From the human T2T-CHM13v2.0 reference genome, Homo sapiens, in the NCBI RefSeq assembly GCF_009914755.1, contig NC_060925.1: 64,000 nucleotides of DNA; one strand, given 5' to 3'. The notes under the pieces are model-generated. The model saw nothing but the letters and a program-made list of their open reading frames with translations. It made no database searches and was not told the DNA's origin. How positions within the stretch are numbered: position 1 is the stretch's first letter; each line of letters opens with the position of its first letter. Shown here in pieces: positions 37,514 to 52,394 of the stretch. Both the position numbers and the translations under genes were made by a program.

Positions 37514-38189
37514 ATGAGAATTTCATTTTCATACCACTCATTCTCAGGTGTACCATGAAAACGAAACAAAAACAAAACAAAACCTCCACTTGCACAGCTG
37601 CTTTCACCTTTCAGTCATGAAGCCTCATGTATCGGTTTTTACACAATGTCTCTCCAATCTATTATTTGTATCCATTTTCACTTATAGAAATAAAAAATTT
37701 AAGCCCTAAGTATAAGCGTATTGCATTTTATCAAATCTAAGACATCATATCTTAAGATGCACCATTATTTTATGCATCAGAAAATGATGCCAATTAAATA
37801 GCACAATATTTTCCTGTCATATCAATTATAAGACAATTTTAGTGATGTTAAAATGAGAAAAATAAGAGTGAGCTTTAGATTTGATGAAATAAGGTAATTA
37901 AAGCAGTTGAAACTACATGTCAAAAATCAGAAGCATTTAATAAGAACTTTAAATGGGTATTTTACTTCCCTACTATGGATGCTTTGGAAATCTGTGCAGA
38001 TAATTTTATGGTTATCATAATAGTTTATTGGATATTGATATCTACATTATGGGAGGGGTGTCAAATGGGTGAGTTCTACATAATAAAAAAAATTTCCCTC
38101 ATCCTGTACAACTTTTCAATGTCTAGCTAGACATTCTTGCAGCTGAAAATACCTATAATATTTCAATATTTATAATTACTTGGGCCTAG

Positions 38190-38613
<424 letters not shown>

Positions 38614-39093
38614 TGGTTTTAGAGTTTTTATAATTATCAACATAACACCCATTTGCCAGTCAGTATTTGCTGCTTACATGTTCAAGGTTATTTCAGAAAT
38701 GGGTGGAAGCACCTCATGACTACATTAGGTCTCACAGTGTAGTCGTGCCCTAATATTTACATGCTAAAATATGTATTTTGTTAAAAAATACTTTTCTTTA
38801 TATTATGGTTAGGGCATTATATTGATTTTCCCACCTGAGGTTATACATACAGGTAGGTTATATTTTTACATACCTATTGTTTTATTTCAGGGTAGAAAAG
38901 GGAGAATTTTTAAAAAATGTATTATAAAAGGGGGATGTTGAGTCCCATGTGGTGGGGAACCAATAACTCAAAGTAGTAAAGACAAGACTGTGGGAATGGA
39001 AAATATGTGTTAGCCGTTAGCCTTCCTCTATCTAGCTAGATACAGAAGATAGCAAGTGAATATTTACCTAAGAGCTGCCACAATTTAAATTAA

Positions 39094-39433
<340 letters not shown>

Positions 39434-39676
39434 TCATAAAGCCAAATTTCTAAGTCTGTTTACCAAAAAGGGGCAAAGAACATTCCTATCTAATATTTAA
39501 AGTTTATAATATAGTAATATTTCCAAGAGCTATTGACTTGTAACCTTACTACTATAAGTGTTTATTATAGGAAATGACAATTGTTAAAATATTTGTAGTA
39601 AAGAATTGTTTGCTCACATAAAGTTGTAAACTCTATTTGTCATAGGAGTTGAATTTGCTCCCCAACCTTATTATAA

Positions 39677-39979
<303 letters not shown>

Positions 39980-40011
39980 TAATCCTGTTCTAATTAACTC
40001 AATTAGTCATT

Positions 40012-40938
40012 TTATTTTATTTTTTTCTATTTTTATTATACTTTAAGTTTTAGGGTACATGTACACAACGTGCAGGTTTGTTACATATCTATACATGTAC
40101 CATGTTGGTGTGCTGCACCCATTAACTCGTCATTTAACATTAGGTATATCTCCTAATGCTATCCCTCCCCACTCCCCCGACCCCACAACAGGCCCCAGTG
40201 TGTGATGTTCCCCTTCCTGTGTCCATGTGTTCTCATTGTTCGATTCCCACCCATGAGTGAGAACATGCAGTGTTTGGTTTTTTGTCCTTGCGATAGTTTG
40301 CTGAGAACGATGGTTTCCAGCTTCATCCATGTCCCTACAAAGGACATGAACTCATCATTTTTTATGGCTGCATAGTATTCCATGGTGTATATGTGCCACA
40401 TTTTCTTGATTCAGTCTATCATTGTTGGACATTTGGGTTGGTTCCAAGTCTTTGCTATTGTGAATAGTGCCGCAATAAACATACATGTGCATGTGTCTTT
40501 ATAGCAGCATGATTTGTAATCCTTTGGGTATATACCCAGTAATGGGATGGCTGGGTCAAATGGTATTTCTAGTTCTAGATCCCTAAGGAATCGCCACACT
40601 GACTTCCACAATGTTTGAACTAGTTTACAGTCCCACCAACAGTGTAAAAGTGTTCCTATTTCTCCACATCCTCTCCAGCACCTGTTGTTTCCTGACTTTT
40701 TAATGATTGCCATTCTAACTGGTGTGAGATGGTATCTCATTGTGGTTTTGATTTGCATTTCTCCAATGGCCAGTGATGATGAGCATTTTTTCATGTGTCT
40801 TTTGGCTGCATAAATGTCTTCTTTTGAGAAGTGTCTGTTCGTATCCTTTGTCCACTTTTTGATGGGGTTTTTTTTTTCTTGTAAATTTGTTTGAGTTCAC
40901 TGTAGATTCTGGATATTAGCCCTTTGTCAGATGAGTAG
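40012..40938 (-). mobile_element. 5'-truncated L1PA (about PA3-PA5), ORF2 C-terminus plus 3'UTR
   Basis: ORF track gives L1 ORF2 [16 protein letters not shown]; tagtcatt on both flanks. Confidence 0.92.
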
Positions 40939-42495
40939 TAGTCATTAAGACTCAGCAGATTCACTTAAAATTCAGGATACCCAAGGCAAAAAAAGTATTT
41001 TCCAAGTAAAATAAACACCTCTAATTTGACTTTAAAACACAATGTAGAATCCCAATTTTCTACTGTAACTACCTTAATTCAGGCTTCTGCAGCCCACACC
41101 TGGATTACTCCATATTCTCCCTGGCGCTGGCCTCTCCTACACCAGTTTGTTCTGTGCACCATCCTAGGTTAGAATTTTTCAAATAATAGGTTGTGAAATA
41201 CATTTAGTGGATTGTGATCAGAGTTTTTTAAAAGATGAAAGAGAATAAAAAGTAATAAGAATGGACTGCATGTTGTAAAAGTTAGCATTATTTTATACAT
41301 TTTTTTTTCAGTTACAATCATATACCTACATGTGTACTGAATTGCAATGTAAAATATATTTCTTATTGTGGTCATGGTCAAAAAGTTTGAAAAACACTGC
41401 ATTAGAATAATCTTCCCAGACACAGTTTTCAACATGCTTTTCCTCAGCTTTGATTCCTATTTAAGGATAATAATGGCTAATATATATTAAGTACTTATGC
41501 CAGAGACGGCGCTAAAGAGTTTTAAATGGTATTATCTCTTCAGCACAACTCTGTGAAGTAGGTACTGTTATTATTCCTGTTTTACAGATAAGCAAACTGA
41601 GGCATGGAGAAGTAACAATTTGCTCAGAGTCACCCAGCTAGTAAGTGGAAGGGTTAGGATTCAGTCCTTGGCATCTGGCCCCAGAGCCCATCCTCTTAGC
41701 AGCTAAATTATCCTGCCTGTACTCCTTAAGCCCAAAGAGTTTAATGCCTAACTTATTTCTTTAGCCTTAACACTTCCCTCTCCATTTTAACTGGGCATAG
41801 TACCTTGCTGTCTCCTGAAACCCCTTTTACTTTCAAAGCTCTTCCTCTGTTTAAGCTAATTCCTCAACATGGGAATGGATGGGGGTGGGTTGGCAGGGTT
41901 GGCTGGTTGTCAGGAAACTAAATCTAGTCTGCCAAATATTTTTGTAGATTAAGTTTTACTGGGACAGAACCATACCTATTCATTTACGTACGGTCTAGGC
42001 CTGCTTTTGCACTATGATGGCAGAGCTGAGTAGTCACAAAGAAGACCATACGGCCCACAATGCCTAAAATATTTAACATCTAGTTCTTTACAGAAAAAAT
42101 TTGATGACCCCTGCTCTACATCAAAGTCCCATTCCTTCCTCTCTACTTAATTTAAATCCCCCACAACGTTCCTAGCCTAGGTCAGGTTCCATCTCCCATG
42201 GGAAATTTTCTCTGATACCTCTAGCCTACTACCATGTGTGCCTTGCCTTGACCACCAGACTGCTCCTCTTGGGAGCAGGAAGTACCCCTCTCATACTTCT
42301 ATATCTCCACCATGACCACAGTACTTTGCCTAGAAAGAGCAGGATAAACATTTATGGATGGAAATGGAGTTGGGAGAGACTATGTTCAGTTCACCCAGCT
42401 GACCCATCAATAAACCAACTTTAAGGATAAGGGTGAGGGTAAGGAGGGTGAAGGAGTGCTGGTAAGCAAACACCACAAATGGGGGAAGGTCTTAC

Positions 42496-42604
42496 CTTCT
42501 GTTCCACACATTTGATAAAATCACCTTGCCTGGAATGCCCCACTGGCTGCTTCCGAAATTCACTGCGTTTCTCCAGGCGGGACTCAAAAGCAGCTGGGTC
42601 TGAC
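42496..42604 (-). CDS. ATPAF1: ATPAF1 exon 2 (SDPAAFESRLEKRSEFRKQPVGHSRQGDFIKCVEQK)
   Basis: gatcag acceptor, gtaaga donor, 109 nt completes the phase-2 codon of exon 1. Confidence 0.97.
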
Positions 42605-43019
42605 CTGATCAGAGGTAAACCAAAGGGTAAACCAACTGGGCCTTTTTGAATTCTAAAATAACAAAGCATCACTTTCCACCTCTACAGAGAAAGGACACTG
42701 CCATTCAGAGAGGTTGAAAAATTTGCCTTCAGTTAGTAAGAACTGGGCACAGGCCTAGAAATAAAGAAACTGGAAAAAGAAATCCTGTTATTCAACTGTT
42801 GTTAATCCTCAAGGGGCCTGTGTAACATTTTTCTTTTGCAGGCTGTTCCCTAGGTTTACACAGGGCTTAGTCTCTCAGGTACTTACATTCAGGGTACTTA
42901 GAATTTTGAGGTCATCTTGCTGGATCACCTCTTCAGACAAGAATCCTATAGCCTCCTTACTAGGTGTCAAGCTTTTACTTGAATACATCCAGTTCTTGAA
43001 AATATGTCCCCCCAACCAG

Positions 43020-43680
<661 letters not shown>

Positions 43681-45179
43681 CCTGGGCAGTGAAGCTGTTG
43701 CTGGGATCTGAGGATATAGAAATAAATAAGTCAGACTCCCTACCTCAAGGAGCTCACTATCCAGTGGGAGAGACAGGCATAAAAGTAAACAAATGAAAGT
43801 ACAACAGGTATTATGATGAAAATTTGCTCAAACATCCCCAAATGGTTAAGGTGGTTTCATGCCTCTGTACCTTTGTTTATGTTGCTGCTCCCCTTACCTG
43901 GAACATCCCCTCCTCTCCATTCTTTTTCAAAGGAAGTTTGCTAACAGATAAAACTAGAGAGAGACTGGCAGGGACTAGGGTATGAGGAACTTGTGTGAAA
44001 CATTAAGGAGTTTAGATGTTATTTAGAGGTCAGTGGGGGGATAACAGTATGTGTAAATGTTGATGGGAATGATCCAGTGGGGAAGGACGGTAAAACCAGT
44101 TATTTATTTGTTCATGAGTGGGTAAGAATAAATGGATGCTGATAAAGTATTCAAAGTACAAGTAGACAACTCTTCAGAGATGCTTGTGTGTAAAACAGAT
44201 CAAATACAGATCAACGAGAGAAGCCTGGAGGGGAATGTACATCAAAGAAAGGCTTTTAAGATGACAAATACTTGAGACTATCTCAATGCTGCTGGAAGGA
44301 GAGCAAAAATACTCATTCATTTACTGCATAACTGTTTCAAATGGCAAGAAAGATCACTACAGTAGCAGTGAGAGGAACTGGGGTAAAGTAGTCCAGGAAT
44401 GGAAGTAGGGAACTCTAGTTAGAGGATAATGGCAACAGCCCAGGTGACGATGATGGAGTAGATTAAGGCAGTGGAAGTAGAGATGAGACAGAACTCAAAT
44501 TTACAGTACTAAGTCTTTGGTTTCCTTTCATAAGACAACTACCTTCTTACCCTGCTAAATTCTCTCCCAAGCCCCTTTAATTTTCACCTCTGATCTCCTT
44601 TAGCTCTTCCCACTTGAACTCTTCAGATGCTCCTATAGCCCCTCATATGCACCTTAAGCCCCTCTAAGCTCCAGATCCTTCCCTCTGGAAGCTAAGAGGT
44701 GGTGTTAGGGACCCTGGACTCAGAGTCAGACAAATCCCAAACAGCTGTGTGACCTTTGGCAAGTCTCTTACTCTCGCTGATCCTCAGTCTCCTTAAGAGG
44801 GTTCAATGGGTGATCCGACTGTGACACTATTAGTCTTTGATGCCCTCCTCCCATCCCCAGTCGCCTTTCCTTGCAGTCAAGGCCCTAAGCTACCACCAGC
44901 CTGGGAACTCCAGCTCTGAGCCAGGCCTCAGCTATCTTAATATGTGACCTTGAGCAAGTCAAGTCCCTTCTCTAGAAGGCGTTTTCCCATTTCTATAATG
45001 AGGACAGGTGTCTCTGAGCTGCCTGCCTCAGGGCTGTCATAAGAGTCCACCTTAGCGTTTGGAGAACCAAAGCAGACAAACGTGGAACGAGCCAGGGCTT
45101 TGCAGAGACTCCCAGCTCTGACACCAATTAGCTGTGTGATCTTGGGCAAGTGACCTAGCCTCGCGGAGCCTGGCTACAT

Positions 45180-45960
45180 CATCTGAAGAGCTGGGACAGT
45201 ACTAGTGCCCACCTCACAGGGCTGTCCTAAGGCCCAGCAGCCCGGGCCGCCCCTCCTCCCGCCTCCTGCCCGCCTCCAGCCAACCCAGGCCCGCACCTGC
45301 GCAGCAGCTGGATCTTGTCGCGGTAGCGGTCGTAGAAAGGGTTGGCCTGGAGCTCGGCCTCGGCCCCGACCCCGCTGCTGTCGGCGCCCCCCTCGGGCCG
45401 GCCCGAGCCGGGGCGCACTGGGAAGACGCGCAGCTGCGCGGGTGACACGAGCCCCAGGCCCAGGGCGCGGCTGCGCACCGCGCACAGGCCCCGGTAGAGA
45501 CCGGCCACCTGCAGGACCGCCGGTCCCGCGCCACCCGCAGCCGCCACCACCACAGCAGCCATGGCCGCCCCCGCCTCCTCCTCCTCCTCAGGCGCGTCGG
45601 CCTCGGCCCGCGGCCCGCGCGCCCGCTCCATCCCGCTCCGAGTGCGCCGCGCCCGCGCTCCGGCACCGAGGTTCCGCGCGCCCAAGGTTCCGGGCGCGGG
45701 ATAGCGGCGAGGCGGGGCGGGGAGGAGGGGGCGCGCCGCTCTGGCCCCGGCACTGCGCGCTCTCGCCGCCCTGTGTATGCCACGGCCCGCCTCCTCCAGG
45801 GAGGCTGCCCAAATTCAACGCCCTTCCTCCCTCTGGGACCAGCAGCCTCTGCGCGCCAAGTCCGTTCTCTAAAGCCAGCGGATCTCCATGTCCTCGCGGT
45901 GCTTGCCCCTGGCACTCGCTGTAGTGCCAGGCACTCGATGTAGTAGTCCGTCCTTCAGCA
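45180..45960. promoter_or_regulatory. CpG island / ATPAF1 promoter with GC boxes
   Basis: Very high GC and CpG density; ggcggggcgggg Sp/KLF-type boxes at ~45710-45722. Confidence 0.92.
45297..45562 (-). CDS. ATPAF1: ATPAF1 exon 1 coding part, mitochondrial presequence region ([11 protein letters not shown]...DKIQLLR)
   Basis: GCGGCCATGG Kozak; AG|gtgcgg donor; 266 nt; all exons total 987 nt. Confidence 0.97.
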
Positions 45961-46839
45961 TCGAAGGTCTTTTCATCAACTATAATCACAGCAGCAAGCT
46001 TCTCTTTACTGAGGTTGCTATGTGCAGGACACTGAGCGGCTTCATACTCTGTGTGGCAGTATTATCCTCATCTAACAAATAAGGAAACTGAGGCCGAGAG
46101 TAATTATGTGACTTGTTCAAGTTCTACCCGACAGCTGAGCTCTTTTCAAGATGGCAGCTGCCTCCCAAGCCTCCTTTTCCTCTGCTTCCTGACATCCTCC
46201 TTGAACTCCAGCCACAGTGACCTATTCTCTCCCAAAGAAACACCAGGATTACTCCTTGAAGAGTCCTTATTCAGGCCCTTTTTGACCCCTGGAATCCTCT
46301 CTCCTTCCATTCTCTCAACCCAAATGCCACAATCTTCCTTACCGTCTGAACCAGGTGTGAGCTCCTAGGGTCAGGGACAGTGACATTAACATCTCTGTGT
46401 CCCACCTGCTCACAGAACAGGGCCAGTCCTGGAGTGGGCTCTCTGGGACAGTACTCATCATCAGGTCCTTCTTGTCTGGGTTTTGTCTGATTGAAGCCCC
46501 TCCTGGGACAGGGGCAGAGCCTTCAACTCTGCTCAATCCAACCTATGCTCATGGAGATCAGCCCTGAGCCCTGCCCTGTGCGAGGAACAGTGTAATGGAA
46601 GATGAATAAGTCCTTCAAGTATGCCAGCCCATACCTGGCTCACACTCCTAACACTTGCTGTTTTCTCTGTGGATCTGCATGTGGCTGCCTCCTCATCATC
46701 TAAGGGCTCAGTTCACATGTAAGCACCTCCAAGGGACCTAAATGACAACCCCTCCATCTCTTTATAGTCTTTATCCCATCACTCTATTGCATTCTCTTTA
46801 TAGCAGTTATCATTATCTGAAGTTCTTAGATCCTTGTTT

Positions 46840-47990
46840 ATATTAATTCATTGAGCTTACATTCTAGTGGAGTGAAACAGACAGTAAATATATAATGTTA
46901 GGTGATGCTACATGGTATGCAGAAAAACAGCAGGCCAAGAGAGATAGAGATAAGGGGACACTTGAGCAGAGACCTGAAGGTAATGTGGGAATGCTGGGGG
47001 AAGAGCCTTCCAGGTAGGGGAAACAGCAAGTGCAAAGGCCCTGATGAGGAGGTTATTGAGTCTGAATGAGTGAGGGCACAGCAGCAGAAATGAGACCAAG
47101 AAGGTATAGGGAGGGCTAGTTAGATTGCTTAGGCCTTGGTTAAGGACTTTGATTTTAAATCGAATGAGATCGGAAGTTACTATATGTTTTAAGCAGTGGA
47201 GTAACATGATCTACTTTTTAAAAGGATCATGCTGGCTGCTGGTGGGATTTAGGATATGTGGAGGCAAGGATGGAAACTCTCCCAAGGGTGACTAATTTAT
47301 TCCAGTTTGCCTAGGACTTTCTTGGCTCTAGCATTGAAAGCCCCATGTCCTGAGAACCCACCCCAAGTCCTGGGCAAACCAGGATGTTGGTCACCCTACA
47401 GGGAACAGTAATCCAAGTGAGAGATGGTGGTACTTGGACTAAAGTGATAGTGATAAAAAAAAGTGGCCAGATTTTGGTTATATTTTGAAATAAAAGCCTA
47501 AAGATCTTGCTGATGGAGTCAGTGTGGGTGTGATAGAATGAAAGGAGTCAAGGATGACTTGCAGGTTTTTGGCCTGAACAACCCGAAGGACAGAGATACT
47601 ACTTATGAAGAGGAGGAAGGCTGTAGGTAGGGTAGACTTTGGAGGATGGATAATCAGAGTTTGGTTTTGGACATGTTGGTTTGGGATAATTTAACAGACT
47701 GGCAAGGAGGGATGTCAACCAGGTATTTGGGTATGAGTCTAAAGTTCTGAGGAGCATTCCAGGCTGGAGAGATACAGTTGCGTACTGTCAGTGTATAGTG
47801 ATATTTAAAGCCAGGGGTCTGGGTGAGATAACTGATGGAATGAATGTAGATAGAGCACTAAGAACTGAGCCCTAGACATGCCTACATTTAGAGATCAGGG
47901 GAAAAGGGAGAAACCAGCAAAGGAGACTGGAAAGTAGGGGCCAGTGATATACGAGGAGAACAAGGGTAAGTGGACCCTGGAGAGAATTCT
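46840..47990 (-). mobile_element. L2 remnant containing a small hAT MITE (~47285-47397, agggtgac...gtcaccct TIRs)
   Basis: L2 motifs: aacagcaagtgcaaaggccctg, aggagtcaaggatgac, gttttggacatgtt. Confidence 0.75.
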
Positions 47991-49174
47991 GTGCTAAATA
48001 GTTCCCTAAGTCACACATTGGAGGACTATAAAGAGGGGAGTCATTAAAATGGTGCTAAGAAGCTGAGCTACAAGCAGTGGTGCAACATACTGGGAAGGCT
48101 GACTTAAGCTTAATTAGGGAAGGGCTTTCTAACTGAGCTGCCCATAAATGCATCAAGCTGCCTCAGGAGGTGGTGAGCAAGTTCCTGACTCAAGTGAGTC
48201 TTGAGTCCAGGGAGATTAGTTGCTGTGTGGGGAAAAATCTACCCCCAGGAGTCAAGCATGGCCCTGATGGTGGGATCAGATGGTGGAGATGAACTAGACA
48301 ACTCTCAAAGTTTCTTCAAATTGGCGATGATATGATTCTGGGCAGTCTGTCACAGAGTAGGGGGGCTGAGCTGAGTCTTGAAGGATGAGCAGGTGTTCAG
48401 TGGTGGAAAAGTGGGCAGGGGCACTCCTGGGTGAAGGAGCAGCATGGGCACACCTCCAGAGATGTGAATGAGCAGGGTCTGTTCAGGAGTACGGACTAGG
48501 CAAAAGGGAAAAGTGTGTGGAGGACGAGGAGGGAAGTAAGGCTGGAAGTAGATGCAGGCCAGATGGTGGGAAGCCCCACAGGGCCTGGGGCCTGGGAAAC
48601 ACTTGTCAGCACTTGAAGGAAGGTAATTAAATAAAAGACAGATTGTTGGAGCCAAAGAAGGAGGTATTGACCACTTGGTTCCCTTGAGCAGGTTTCTTCC
48701 TGCCAACTTGGTTAGATACTTTTTGAGAACAGGGCTGCCCAATGCTGTGTGTTCCTTGTTACATTCCTCACTGGGGACAGGTATCCCATCAACCGTTCCC
48801 TAAAGACCAGCAACATCCGTAAGTACCTGAGGGACAATGGCCCTTTTCTGGGGTCTGCTCTGTGGGTTCACCATAAGGGGTAGGTACAGACAATTCAATA
48901 GGTGAACCAGTCTCTGATGGAAGTAGTAGTGACATTCCACCCAAAAAATGCCACTGGATGAAGTCCCCTCCTTCCATTAACCCAGGACCACTTCACAAGC
49001 ACTGCCCCTAGAATGCCCAATTCTCAGAACCCAGTGACCTCTCCTTTAGAGAACAAAGGGCCTGGGCATTCTGGAGACTCTGATTGGCTGGGCAGATGGG
49101 CTGACTGGCTGGGCAGATGGGTGGGTGAGTTCCCTCTCCCCAGAGCCATCGGCCAGGTACCAAAGCTCAGCTGT

Positions 49175-49211
49175 ATGGATTCCCAACAGGAGGACCTGCG
49201 CTTCCCTGGGA
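49175..49211 (+). CDS. TEX38: TEX38 coding exon 1 (MDSQQEDLRFPG + A of Met13)
   Basis: ATG at 49175, A|gtaagt donor; joins in frame to exon 2. Confidence 0.92.
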
Positions 49212-49485
49212 GTAAGTGCTCCTCCAGTCCCTGTCACTGGACTTGTGCCTTAGGGCTTGGGGACAAACACTCAGGGAAGGCCCTTTGCATGGATGGGACA
49301 GTGCCTGGCTGCCTGGAGGAGAGCTAAGCAGTTAGGAGATAGTCTACTCTAGAAAACTAAGAATTATTTTAAGGCAAAGACCATGCTCTGATCAACCAGA
49401 GAAGATACTATCAATAGCCCAGGACTATCACAGCTGAATGGAATGGGATGGGACATTGGTGTCTCTGTCAACTGATGAACTTTCA

Positions 49486-49753
49486 CTTTTTTTTTTTTTT
49501 TTGAGATGAAGTTTTGCTCTGTTGCCCCGGCTGGAGTGCAGTGGCTCAATCTAGGCTCACTGTAACCTCCACCTCCTGGATTCAAGTGATTCTCCTGCCT
49601 CAGCCTCTGAAGTAGCTGGGACTGCAGGCATGCACCACCACACCTGGCTAATTTTAAAATTTTTAGTAGAGACGGGGTTTCACCATGTTGGCCAGGCTGG
49701 ACTTGAAGTCCTGACCTCAAGTGATCTGCCCACCTGGGCCTCACAAAGTGCTG
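49486..49753 (-). mobile_element. Alu, 5'-truncated, in the TEX38 intron
   Basis: polyT-led Alu ending at caaagtgctgg. Confidence 0.92.
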
Positions 49754-50045
49754 GTGAACTTTTGCTTCTTGATGGACTTGCCCATAGTGAAACTTCTCAG
49801 TCTGATGGATTGGATGGGTCCTGGGTTAGGAATCAGAGGCTTGACTGAGCCTGGGCAGCACATGCCCCCGCTAGACCTAGCTTTTGTGATCTGTAAAGAG
49901 TTAAAGGTGGTGCTTAAGCTCCCTGGAAATCTAGCTTTGACTGAATAAGGGAATGATGAGGCAAGTCAATAAGGGAGGGAAGGAACGGTGAGAGTAGTTA
50001 AGTGGATGGAGTGATTGATGCATGGGTTAAGTGAAAGAGGAATGA

Positions 50046-50696
<651 letters not shown>

Positions 50697-50814
50697 CCTC
50701 CTCTCACTGAAGGTGGGAGCTGCAGGAATCAGGTGCAGAGTAGGAAATGGAACTAACCTCAGGAAGGTGGTATTGACAGAGGTCAGGACCCACCTGGATG
50801 TCATGCTATGAAAC

Positions 50815-50820
50815 ATTAAA
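50815..50820 (+). terminator. TEX38: Probable TEX38 polyA signal (ATTAAA)
   Basis: ATTAAA ~120 nt after the stop, followed by a genomic A-run and a U/GU-rich tract. Confidence 0.65.
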
Positions 50821-51656
50821 AGAAAAAAAAAAAAGTCCAAGGCTCCCTCGTTTCTCATTTGCTGTTAGGAAGGCAATGTCCTTCCTGTCTGATGGGGTCA
50901 CTTTGCAAACCAAGTTGGTTGCTGAGTCTCACCAATATGAACTGGCACTGGTGGTTGGCTGTGGGGAGACACACTGAACCAGTACTTGTGGATGGACTCA
51001 ATATCCCTCTGTTCAGTATTTAAAACAAAAATGTGTGCCAGGCCCTGGCCTAGGTACCCCAAGGCACTGGTGTTCTGTGGGATGTGAAGCACAGCTGCCA
51101 CCAGAGTGATAGCTGCTGAGGGTACGTGAGCTATGTTGATTTACAGTCGCTATGTCACAGGCAAAATGAGTCATCACGAGCCCTGTGAGCCACACTGCAC
51201 TATGGGCTGAAATGCATTCTTTGTTATTATCTATGATGTATGCAGCTCTTACGTGGTTGCCTCTTTACATTATTTCTAATAATTCACAAGAACACTGCCA
51301 AATGGATATCATGATCCTCCTCTTATGGATGAAGAGACAGGTTCCAAGGGCATATGCCATACCTTTCTTAGTTGCAGAGCCAGTTCTCAAATCTACATCT
51401 GCCTTGCATCAAAGTTACTGGTATGAAAGTTATTGATCATCAGTTGCTTGGCATCAAAGGTACTGATCTTCCCACCATACGCCATAGTGCCCCTTCCCTA
51501 ATGATATGTCGTGTTAGAAAACACTTGGTGAATGCTTCGGATTGTATGTAGGGTGTCATTAAGTTGGTCCATGAACTGGCTTGGAGGAAGGGCTGGTCAG
51601 TGAACTGCCTAAAATTATACGTAGACATATATCCATAGTTTTTACCTTTCCTACAG

Positions 51657-51782
51657 GAATCCATGTCCCCCTCCCAAAAGTTAAGATCCACCACATGGGA
51701 ATATTAATAATTTTTGTACTTCTGGAAATGGTTCTAAAAGGTGAGACAAAGATAATACTGCCCATTTGGCTGCAGTTTTGAG
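51657..51782 (+). ncRNA. Candidate non-coding exon, antisense orientation to EFCAB14 (possibly EFCAB14-AS1)
   Basis: tttacctttcctacag acceptor, GAG|gtaaga donor; stops in all three frames. Confidence 0.45.
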
Positions 51783-52394
51783 GTAAGAAAGCCCAGCTCT
51801 ATCACAGGATATGTGTTTCTCCCTTTCCTTTTGGAAATGAACAAATCCTCTCATTATATTTGTAAATAACAAAAGCTTTATGTATAGTCATTTACATAAT
51901 GACTGAGGGGGAAGGTCACCAGATTCTGTGTTGCGGGGAGGGGGGGAGGTATCCAGAATCTAGCAAACATGTAGAGTTATTTTTTTCTGTGTGTGAAAAA
52001 GTTTTAGCTTGTGTATGACCCCTCTTTAGCAACGGATTTTAAGCTTTTTTTTTTTTTTAAGGTGGTGGGACATTTATGGCAAACACGCTTTTATATTGAC
52101 TCTCAAAAAATAAAACAGGCCTAAGTGGAGCATCTCGGGTAGACACAGGGGCAGGGCTCACTCCTGCCTCACCTCACCCCTCCCATCCTCTGGATGCAAA
52201 AAGCCTGAACCCTGCAGCCTTTGCTTCTTCAGGCCAAATATTGCAGTCCTTAAGGCAGACTCTTAATTACTTTGGGCCCACCATGTGTTACTCCTTGCTT
52301 TCAAAAGGTGTAAGGCGTCCATAAATATAGAAATCAAAGCAGATTTTTTTTTTCCCTTAAAAATCGCAGGGGAGTGAGAGAGGCTTTAGTCAGA

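Noticed and set aside
40130-40900. ORFs of 61-127 aa
   Set aside because: L1 ORF2 C-terminal remnants with stops
45174-45989. 239-aa plus-strand ORF and 233/133/103-aa alternative-frame ORFs
   Set aside because: Expected stop-codon scarcity in a CpG island; low-complexity P/R/A/G composition overlapping ATPAF1 exon 1
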